Of a stretch of 64,000 nucleotides of DNA, positions 19,201-26,519 are shown in pieces. The notes beneath the pieces were generated by a model. It did no database searches. It saw only the letters and a program-made list of their open reading frames with translations, and was not told the origin of the DNA. The position numbers were made by a program, and so were the translations under genes. The stretch comes from a virus: IMG/VR virus record IMGVR_UViG_3300042317_001497; one strand, given 5' to 3'. Numbering within the stretch: position 1 is the first letter of the stretch; each line of letters opens with the position of its first letter.

Positions 19201-21983
19201 ATAATTATAGCACCAGCACCTCCTGTATTAGACGGAGGATTCCAAGAAGCATTGACTCCACCAGCTACCGGTGTGGCAACAAAATCAGTAACAATACCGG
19301 GGTTGGTAGCGGTAGTAGTTGGGGTTGGTGACGGAGTTCTTGTTGGGGTAGGATAAGGTGTAGGGCTATTAGTAGGTGTAGGAGATAGTGTAGGAGTAGG
19401 AGGTGGCACTGTTGGTGTGGAAGAAGGCGTGGGGCTACTAGTAGGCGTAGGACTGCTAGTGGGCGTGGGGCTAGTAGTAGGAGTCGGCGGAGGAGGAGGA
19501 GGATCTCCTACTATAACAGGAACGCCAAAATAATAATCATTCCAACTATTTCTAGCTCCGGATTTAATGTAAAAAGTAAGATTGTCAATATTTAAATAAG
19601 TCAAAAAAATTGTAGATGATGTTGGTATTGGTCTTTGATTACCATCAAAATAAATATTTTTTATAGTACTGTTAGGAGATCGATTTAGATAATTAGATAG
19701 GGTCACTATAGAACTAGGAATAACCAGAGTGGTATACAAATCAGGATTTGTAATAGCTCCATCAGATATATTCTTTATGCTATAACCATTGATATTTTGT
19801 GGAATATTTAAAGTATTCTGATTAGTAGTTCCAAAAATTTGTACTATATTAGCCTCACTGGGGTTTGTAGCGAAACAAAGATAATTATTGTTATAAAATA
19901 GTATATTGTCTACCGGGGGAAATAAATAATTGTGGTGTGATGATCTGGTATTGATATTGCGTAAATTAGAACATCTATCTAGTATCCGGCCGGGAACGAC
20001 GTTACCAGCGGAGTATAGTGTGCCCCTTACAAATGCAGGTTCGTAAACACGGGTATAAGAATTCCCAACCGAATAATAGCTAGAACTAGAGTCGGAAACC
20101 TTTATATCATTATTAAATGAAATAGTTTCTAAATTCAAACAATCAGCAAAAGTTCTCTTTCCTAATACCGTAGTACTAACAGGGAGATCTATATTTTTTA
20201 GGTTAGTTCCAGCAAAAGCTTCTATACCAATATATCTGATCTGAGATGATCCAAAATTAACAGATTCCAAACTTTTACAATTAGTAAAACATCTATCGAG
20301 AATGGAAATAATATTAGGATTTAAAGCAATAGACTTTAATCTAGATGTTGGCGATGGAGCTATTTTATTAAGAGGAACTAAAACCTTATAAGATGAGTTT
20401 GGAGGATTTTGTATTATGCCATCAGAGGTATCAGGAGATAGCTGAGGAGAGCCTATGTATCTAACCGGCGCTCCATTTATTAGTATAGGAAAGGTTAGAG
20501 TCTCAGGTATACTATTCCTAACACTTTCCACAGATTCTCCTGCTATTCCAATTATCATAATCCCTGTTTCTATGGAAGAATTTGATGGCCATGTGGCGCC
20601 ATTGTTGCCGACATTCACATAAGCATATGTAATATTATTGACGCTCCATGTAAAATAATAAATAGTACTTATAGGAGTAGGTAGATAACTTGTTGCTCGA
20701 TCATTGTATCTTAAGTAATAATCTGTTATATAATTTGGTAGTGGTAATGATGTCGGACTAGGTGTGGGGGTTGGAGTTCCGGTAGGTGTGGATGTTGGAC
20801 TAGTTGTGGGTGTCGGTGTAGAAGTGCTTGTTGGTGTTGGAGTTCTGGTTGGTGTGGGTGTTGGGCTGGTCGTAGGTGTTGGGCTGGTCGTAGGTGTTGG
20901 GCTGGTCGTAGGTGTTGGGCTAGGGGTGGGAGTAGGTGTCCTAGTAGGGGTCGGTCCTATCGGAGTAGCTGTTGGAGTAGCTGTTGGAGTAGCTGTTGGA
21001 GTAGCTGTTGGACGTATTGTAGGAGTAGGAGTCGGAACAACCATACCAGCACAACTATAAGTCGAAACACCATAAGACCCATCACCAAAAGTATTACTTG
21101 TTAGACAACCTGGCGCAACATCACTTTTTGTAGCATATCTCCAATATTTTGGTCCGTTAAAAGTATCATGTTGATAGAATGCCGCTTTATACCATTCATT
21201 TTTATTTAGCAAAGAATATTTCGCATCAGAACTTCTACCAATATCGTACGGATTCAAATCACCATTTATATAATAAGCGCCTCCCTCAGTTATATATATA
21301 TTATAAAGATTTCCACTTAATTTTGTATCGGGCCTACCGTTATGTAGCCAATTACAATATCTAAGAGCGGATCCCCACGATAAAGAAGTCATCGGTTTAT
21401 TGCCATATGCACCAAGCACAGAGAAAGTATTGCCGTTCCTTGCAATATCTGGGCGTGGTTGCGTACCCCAATACGGATTATATAACTGATACGAATCTAC
21501 ATAATTTTGGCCACTAGCTCTATTATCTTGTACAGTATTGAGAAAAATTACATATTCACAAACAGTGACAGGATATCTACCTATTTTATAGGTATAATCA
21601 ACTCGTCCTATACCATTATTATCGGGAATATTAAAAGGACTACCAACATCAACAAGATTTGGTAAATTAGAAGGATTAGTGCGTGAACCTATACGAAACC
21701 CTTGCATGACACCTTCAAGGATCAAAGTTCTTCCTGGCGGCTGGGCGACTTCCTGCCAATTATATCCAGCAGAAGATATTTCATAATCATTAGAGTACCA
21801 ACTTCCTCCAAATATACCTGGTACTGCATCTGTGCCTACTCGAACCACATCTCCCATTTCCCATACATTTCCGGACTGGTCATAAGTGCCGTAATAAGAT
21901 GGTCCTCCATTGCTGCCTACTGTAGTTATGGAGGATGGTCCATTACAACCGCCTCCTACAAAATAATTGGCAAAATTTGTCAT
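16212..21983 (-). CDS. Mosaic adhesin/receptor-binding protein: FGE-sulfatase-like, PT linker, BspA-type LRR, FN3, Asp-box propeller, second FGE-like domain
   Basis: SYYGTYDQSGNVWE/GGSW/GFR and EWYKAAFY motifs; LRR_5-like CF.NC.SL repeats (~20100-20350); FN3-like SWNPPSNTGG (~19050-19300); S-x-D-x-G-x-(T/S)-W Asp boxes (~17900-18400); long PT tracts. Confidence 0.8.
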   Translation of the reverse strand: MTNFANYFVGGGCNGPSSITTVGSNGGPSYYGTYDQSGNVWEMGDVVRVGTDAVPGIFGGSWYSNDYEISSAGYNWQEVAQPPGRTLILEGVMQGFRIGSRTNPSNLPNLVDVGSPFNIPDNNGIGRVDYTYKIGRYPVTVCEYVIFLNTVQDNRASGQNYVDSYQLYNPYWGTQPRPDIARNGNTFSVLGAYGNKPMTSLSWGSALRYCNWLHNGRPDTKLSGNLYNIYITEGGAYYINGDLNPYDIGRSSDAKYSLLNKNEWYKAAFYQHDTFNGPKYWRYATKSDVAPGCLTSNTFGDGSYGVSTYSCAGMVVPTPTPTIRPTATPTATPTATPTATPIGPTPTRTPTPTPSPTPTTSPTPTTSPTPTTSPTPTPTRTPTPTSTSTPTPTTSPTSTPTGTPTPTPSPTSLPLPNYITDYYLRYNDRATSYLPTPISTIYYFTWSVNNITYAYVNVGNNGATWPSNSSIETGIMIIGIAGESVESVRNSIPETLTFPILINGAPVRYIGSPQLSPDTSDGIIQNPPNSSYKVLVPLNKIAPSPTSRLKSIALNPNIISILDRCFTNCKSLESVNFGSSQIRYIGIEAFAGTNLKNIDLPVSTTVLGKRTFADCLNLETISFNNDIKVSDSSSSYYSVGNSYTRVYEPAFVRGTLYSAGNVVPGRILDRCSNLRNINTRSSHHNYLFPPVDNILFYNNNYLCFATNPSEANIVQIFGTTNQNTLNIPQNINGYSIKNISDGAITNPDLYTTLVIPSSIVTLSNYLNRSPNSTIKNIYFDGNQRPIPTSSTIFLTYLNIDNLTFYIKSGARNSWNDYYFGVPVIVGDPPPPPPTPTTSPTPTSSPTPTSSPTPSSTPTVPPPTPTLSPTPTNSPTPYPTPTRTPSPTPTTTATNPGIVTDFVATPVAGGVNASWNPPSNTGGAGAIIISYIIKLNNPTNPNDPLNDTTFTSRVPSYIFTNPELSINTYEASIACINTYNLVSLYTNFALNTQTPLPSPTPTQSPTPTASATPTPTPTATPLSFMDFEVKRFNGTAGDEQSGGYYTIGDNIIDISAPTNSDDIAVVLGHPTIVNAVNNDQIFKKAPNGSWYRTILPAVSTPSTLGSAIKFNTIALFNNGTGALAGGQHSPTLGSTTQLSYRLYLSTNSMSTWTPLLPDGENFVQNISHVAVSSDGTTMAFLRVSIPSGDLQMKVYVSTDTGQTWVVSKSFDTISTYYPYSKICVSDDGNTIVLAVCGDGIYVSSDKGTSWTKKTGNDFYSQLAISSDASKIAAWVGISNNPFTNQRLIISANGGDSFTTISRDKFRGESDKNSTLYFRETTSGTNSAISSKRLSMSKDGQKLVLYANQQGGPNNRDTIYTSNDGGYNWFFYEERLNTSINKNVCYSGDGTTIFLSEGPILYEIVPQADPTPTPTPVPTQPAPTPNIGSITIDSNLQFLSYNGTQIYINDLPGVINNNTLSIINIDGNKLTSWRKNSSFNSLLLLDDSRLPQNDYKNPGYLITSDISPYVFYTGILNPDSYYQRIGGSESPRQIIKIKLSAKNNDLSNTYTLPGNLSNIINSVVSIENNAPKSWSKNSKFNSLLSLKQGETYLFNNSTTSFSRTLYSNQNLNRVVYIPVGAISTRTHITANVGSIGGSSYYGTFDQIGNCYEITYDPVKKVFFNRGTSPDIFKKQGSLPESLQFLDDNLLNTPSLQFREEINFNNNNIGIRIASSFNDNTFTNFVKVEDINNTHFYDNIITYGYNKVVIKPESIGSVGYIFYIQKYNLTVEEYCVFLNSVYKAGSSSILNLPISSDIVVTGIRGQYVYTPAVNKKHKPMTGINRTALFSIINWLDNNKPNNPQNIINGVYNLQSTTDIPNSINPYTGLPPRFSIPTENEWVKAAFYKGNGTSAGYWRNSTQSNAFSVVYDLNNDQDKNLFGLLEW
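20760..21040 (-). repeat. Pro/Thr linker with perfect 18-bp and 12-bp tandem repeats
   Basis: + strand GTTGGGCTGGTCGTAGGT x3 (20860-20913) and GGAGTAGCTGTT x4 (20962-21009). Confidence 0.9.
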
Positions 21984-21999
21984 AAAAAATTTATCCTAT

Positions 22000-24954
22000 T
22001 TATATATTAGCTATAGAGCCGAAAACAGTATTAATAGCACTAACCATAGTTCCATTTTTAATAAATATAGAACACGGAGTTCCAGCATAAGCAGAGAAAA
22101 ATTCTACTGCACCTACTTCAATACCATTTTTTCTAATACTCATAGTAGCAGGGAGAGATGTCCCAAAGTCATTGATAGCTATAAATCTAAATTCACTACC
22201 AATTTGATCAGTAATAAAAGTTATACCATTATTACTATCACTATAATTACCGTTTCCAGCAGAAGTATTAGCTACTAAAGTAACATTATATGGTATATTA
22301 CTAGGAGTAACAACCGGTACACTACTTGTTGGAGCCGGGGTTGCTCCTATGGAGGTTGGTGTGGATGTTGGCGTCTGGGTTGGTGTTGGAGTTGGGGTCG
22401 AAGAAGAAGTTGCTGTTGGTGTCATGGTTATATTGTCCTTATCATTAACACAAGTGATTGTTAAGAAATCCATACTACTCTTGTCCGTATCAGGATCTGT
22501 TAAAACCACCTTTAGAACACTGGGCGATTGTGCATTAACATTAATTAGTACAGAGATATTGCTTAATCCTCCATTGCCAACAGAAACTATACCTGTAGCT
22601 GGTGATATATCAACTTGCGGATTAAGGGATGTTACTTCATAATGGTAATTATATCCTGGTTTACCATTAGCTATATTGATAGTAATTGGATTATTCTTAT
22701 AACATCTACCATCGGGTATAACAACAGACTCAGAAGCAAAAGATACAGATGGAACAGTATTACAACAGCCCGGTAAGCAATCCTCACATAAAATATTAAT
22801 AGTTTCATTAATACCATAGCACAATGTACTCAAACCACTAGGGGCTCCGACATTAATATTTAGTAAAGCATATGGACTTATACTAGCTCCACAAAGACCA
22901 CCATCACAATTACCGAATAAATTTTGATTATTCTCATTATTTTCGAAATAAAATTTAGTATTAATGATATAATTTTTTTTGCTTGGTGAAAATACTCCGC
23001 TGGATGGAGAAATAACATAGTCAGCATTACTATCTACTTCACTCAATCCATATCTATAAGTACGTCCTGGTAACACGCCCGTTACCATTATAGATAAATT
23101 ATATTCATTATTGCCAGAGCCAGCCAGAGTTAGATTTCTAACATTGAAGCCATCAAAAACATAGGCCCCAGCCTGTTTACTAACATCTCCATTAATAGCT
23201 ATTTGCATACTACAATCTACAGGCGTTGGAGTTGGAGTTGGAGTAACACCAGGAATAATATTATCTTGATCGTTTTCACAAGTTAAAACTAAAAAGTCCA
23301 TGCTGCTTCTGTTGGTACTAGGATCTGTTAATATAACTTGAATTACAGCAGGAGACTGTCCATTCAGATCCACAAGAGTTGTGATAGTACCAGACCCTCC
23401 ATCTCCTCCAGCATATAGTCCTTCAAATGGAGATATTTCAACTTGAGGATTGGTACAAGAAAAAGCGTATTGATAATTATATCCGGCTTGACTATTAGTA
23501 ACATTTACACTAATAGGATTAGTTTTATAACATCTGCCATCCTGAATAGTAATATTTTTAGGATAAAAATCTACAGCGGCCACAGAAGCTGTGGATGTAG
23601 GAGTAGGAGTACTGGTGGGAACTGGTGTGCTGGTGGGCGTAGGTGTTCTTGTTGGAAATGGTGCCACATTATCTTGTGGATTTTCGCAAGTGAGTACTAA
23701 GAAGTCCATACTACTACGATTGGTGGCAGGATCAGTGAGTTCTACTTGTATGACCGCTGGGGATGCTCCATCAGTATCTATTAAAGTTACTATAGTACCG
23801 GATCCTGTTTCTCCGACAGAAAAAATACCACTAGAAGGATAAAATTTTATATCTGTATTAGCCGAAGAAAAATAATAATTATAATCATATCCAGCATTGC
23901 TATTTGTTACATTCACACTAATAGGATTAGTCTCAAAACATCTTCCATCGGGTATGATTATATCATTAGGATCAAAAGATACTGTAGCAACAGATGCTGT
24001 AGAGGTAGGCGTCGGAGACATCGACGGTGTTGGCGTAGGAGTTCTTGTTGGGGTGCTTGTTGGTGTGTTGGTAGGAGTAGGAGAAGGAGTAGGTGTTGGA
24101 GATGCTGTAGGACTAGGAGTTGGTGTTCTGGTTGGTGTGGATGTTATGGCTGGTAGGCAACCACTACATATCAAATTGATATCTTGTGTAAAAACATTAC
24201 ATCCTTCATATGAAGGAGTTATACTAAGATCAAAAATATTATAAATAACAGGAGGCGGATTATTAATATTTATATTTCCACTAACATATAATGGATCAAA
24301 ATAAAATTGAGACTCTATTAAACAACGATCTGAAGTTGGTTTTAAAATTCCTGTAACAGGAGACATTATACCGTTCCAGTTGCCAGCATTTTTAACCAAT
24401 GAATAAGTATATTCTTCCTGAGGAATTAAACCACTAACTAAAATTGAAAGACTATGACGATTACTCGCCATTGTGACCTGATAAGCTCCTAGACCATCAT
24501 TAGAAAATTTCTTATTCGCTAAACTCAAATCTCCATTGATAAAACAAGAAATAGGAGGACAGCAGTTAATATCTTTTACACATGGTCCTACTGAATTCTC
24601 ATCTGGTAATGATCCTCCTATAGATGGTACTGTAAGTGGTAATACATAAGACGATCTTGCTATAAAATAATACGACTCATTGGAAAGCAATTGTGTTAAT
24701 GATGAATCACTACTAGGAACATATCTTTCACCACTAGGTATAGTCCAGAAAACCGGTATAGAACCATTAACAGTCTGATTACTATAAATAGTAGAAATAC
24801 CATTGATAAATTCATTATACTGAACAAATAATGGATTTACTATATTAGAGGAAGGATTATTAGGATCTGGTATATATCCACTAGGAGCCACCATTAAATT
24901 AAAAGGTAGCTTTCCATTATACTTTTCTATAGAAAATTCCGATATAATATTCAT
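22000..24954 (-). CDS. Repeat-built virion protein with Ig-like modules and PT linkers
   Basis: Three copies of a ~103-aa module and two of a ~130-aa module separated by PT tracts. ATG 24954 (MNIISEF) is preferred over 25005 because a GGTGTA motif lies 36 nt upstream. Confidence 0.75.
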   Translation of the reverse strand: MNIISEFSIEKYNGKLPFNLMVAPSGYIPDPNNPSSNIVNPLFVQYNEFINGISTIYSNQTVNGSIPVFWTIPSGERYVPSSDSSLTQLLSNESYYFIARSSYVLPLTVPSIGGSLPDENSVGPCVKDINCCPPISCFINGDLSLANKKFSNDGLGAYQVTMASNRHSLSILVSGLIPQEEYTYSLVKNAGNWNGIMSPVTGILKPTSDRCLIESQFYFDPLYVSGNININNPPPVIYNIFDLSITPSYEGCNVFTQDINLICSGCLPAITSTPTRTPTPSPTASPTPTPSPTPTNTPTSTPTRTPTPTPSMSPTPTSTASVATVSFDPNDIIIPDGRCFETNPISVNVTNSNAGYDYNYYFSSANTDIKFYPSSGIFSVGETGSGTIVTLIDTDGASPAVIQVELTDPATNRSSMDFLVLTCENPQDNVAPFPTRTPTPTSTPVPTSTPTPTSTASVAAVDFYPKNITIQDGRCYKTNPISVNVTNSQAGYNYQYAFSCTNPQVEISPFEGLYAGGDGGSGTITTLVDLNGQSPAVIQVILTDPSTNRSSMDFLVLTCENDQDNIIPGVTPTPTPTPVDCSMQIAINGDVSKQAGAYVFDGFNVRNLTLAGSGNNEYNLSIMVTGVLPGRTYRYGLSEVDSNADYVISPSSGVFSPSKKNYIINTKFYFENNENNQNLFGNCDGGLCGASISPYALLNINVGAPSGLSTLCYGINETINILCEDCLPGCCNTVPSVSFASESVVIPDGRCYKNNPITINIANGKPGYNYHYEVTSLNPQVDISPATGIVSVGNGGLSNISVLINVNAQSPSVLKVVLTDPDTDKSSMDFLTITCVNDKDNITMTPTATSSSTPTPTPTQTPTSTPTSIGATPAPTSSVPVVTPSNIPYNVTLVANTSAGNGNYSDSNNGITFITDQIGSEFRFIAINDFGTSLPATMSIRKNGIEVGAVEFFSAYAGTPCSIFIKNGTMVSAINTVFGSIANI

Positions 24955-24989
24955 TTTATAGCCTTCAGGTTTACTTTTATAATAAGATA

Positions 24990-24995
24990 TACACC
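24990..24995 (-). promoter_or_regulatory. GGTGTA motif, candidate late promoter element
   Basis: GGTGTA-TATCT-TATTAT, 36 nt upstream of ATG 24954. Confidence 0.45.
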
Positions 24996-25006
24996 ACAAT
25001 TTCAAA

Positions 25007-25996
25007 TCAGGAATTTAGCAATAATAGGGGACTTTGTAGTACTCCATTAATAGTATCTGTATTATAAATAACTATTATTTTATCATTTAATAAGTAGGTC
25101 TGTGGATTATATATTAATTGTCCTAAATAAGTTTGACTACTATTATTTCGTAAGTTTATAATACTAATACCAGGAATTGGGGAAGCTTTAGAGGAATTAT
25201 AGCCTATATTTTTAGAAACTTGTTTTAGTGATATTGGCGAGATTGATGTTTGTCCACCGGTATTAGTGTTAGTAATAGATCCTATCTGTAGATTAACCAT
25301 AAGCTCTAATGAACGATTTAAAGCATCTACAATAATAATCTGGTTTCCAGCACTATCTGAACTTAAAGAAGCATTACCTCCAACGGTACCTCTTATAGAA
25401 GTTGCTGTAATATTATACTGTAATAGTTTGGAAGTGTCTAAAACAATTTTAAATTGGTCATTTTGTCCTTTTGGTGGTAAATATGCAATATCTTTACGAG
25501 GCAATTTTATCTTTATAGTCGATGGTACAGATGCTGGTACAAATTTAGCAATTGAATATCCATTATATTTATACTCCCAATCATTTTGAGCATTAAGTTC
25601 TATATATAAATTAGTAATGGGCTCGTCTTCTGGTTTAATACAAACTGAAGAAGAGGTTGAGGAACATACCAATTTTTTATACTCTGTTTTTAAAGTATTT
25701 TCGTATAGATCTTTGATAATTAATTTTATTAAGGTTTGACTACCTTCTTGATATTTTGATTGAATATTAACAGCACACATAGGCACAAATGATTTGGTAG
25801 AAAAGATTGTATAACCAGAAGGTGATATATTAACGATATTTCCAGAAGGAATTGTCGTTTCTGTATAAAATTCTATCAGATAAATATCTGCTGGTTTAAT
25901 ATTTGCTCCTGATCCTGTGCATGACACCGGAGAAAATTTGATCAGTGTACCATCTGTACAAATATTAATAGGTATATTAGATTCATTTAAAAACAT
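25007..25996 (-). CDS. Hypothetical virion protein
   Basis: 329 aa ORF abutting its neighbours; beta-rich composition. Confidence 0.7.
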   Translation of the reverse strand: MFLNESNIPINICTDGTLIKFSPVSCTGSGANIKPADIYLIEFYTETTIPSGNIVNISPSGYTIFSTKSFVPMCAVNIQSKYQEGSQTLIKLIIKDLYENTLKTEYKKLVCSSTSSSVCIKPEDEPITNLYIELNAQNDWEYKYNGYSIAKFVPASVPSTIKIKLPRKDIAYLPPKGQNDQFKIVLDTSKLLQYNITATSIRGTVGGNASLSSDSAGNQIIIVDALNRSLELMVNLQIGSITNTNTGGQTSISPISLKQVSKNIGYNSSKASPIPGISIINLRNNSSQTYLGQLIYNPQTYLLNDKIIVIYNTDTINGVLQSPLLLLNS

Positions 25997-25997
25997 A

Positions 25998-26519
25998 TTA
26001 TGTAGTCCCGCAATTCTTACAACAGATAGATATTGTTTTTTCTGTTAGTGGAATATTACCAGATAATACAGTAAACTTAAAAATACTAATTGGATTATTA
26101 CCATTTATCTCTACGTCTATAGGAATAATAGCTTCTCTAAGAGCTACAGGATTAGAACCAGCCACGGAGGATCCTGTATAATTAGAGTATACCGGTGTTC
26201 TAACAGTAGTTGTTGAATCATTATTCGTTAGTTCTTGTATTTCAAAAGAATAAGTTGTTGGAGAAGGCTGTAATCCTCTGATTTTTACAGTTAGAACATC
26301 ACCATAACAACAAAAATCAGAAACATTATCGAACTCTATATCTGGTACTGCTATATAGCATACTTGTTGTCCTACAAACTCTACAATTGCTCCTGACACT
26401 AGTTTGGTATAAAGTTTACCAGTGACACTATTCATTACAAGTTCCCCTACTTCCAATTGATTAGAGGCTGGTGCAGAGGTTGATGTCTCGTCTCTTTTAG
26501 GTTTAAATTTCATGAACAA
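25998..26519 (-). CDS. Small fibre-associated protein
   Basis: N-terminus KFKPKRDETSTSAPASNQLEVGELVMNSVTGKLY matches the common tail-fibre N-terminal motif (KR...P...L..GEL..N...GKLY); Cys-terminated Ig-like C-terminus. Confidence 0.7.
   Translation of the reverse strand: MFMKFKPKRDETSTSAPASNQLEVGELVMNSVTGKLYTKLVSGAIVEFVGQQVCYIAVPDIEFDNVSDFCCYGDVLTVKIRGLQPSPTTYSFEIQELTNNDSTTTVRTPVYSNYTGSSVAGSNPVALREAIIPIDVEINGNNPISIFKFTVLSGNIPLTEKTISICCKNCGTT

Noticed and set aside
20764-24244. + strand ORFs rich in GV/VG repeats (20764-21060, 22349-22642, 23591-23842, 23897-24244)
   Set aside because: They are antisense shadows of the Pro/Thr linkers in the - strand genes, with no RBS or independent coding signal.
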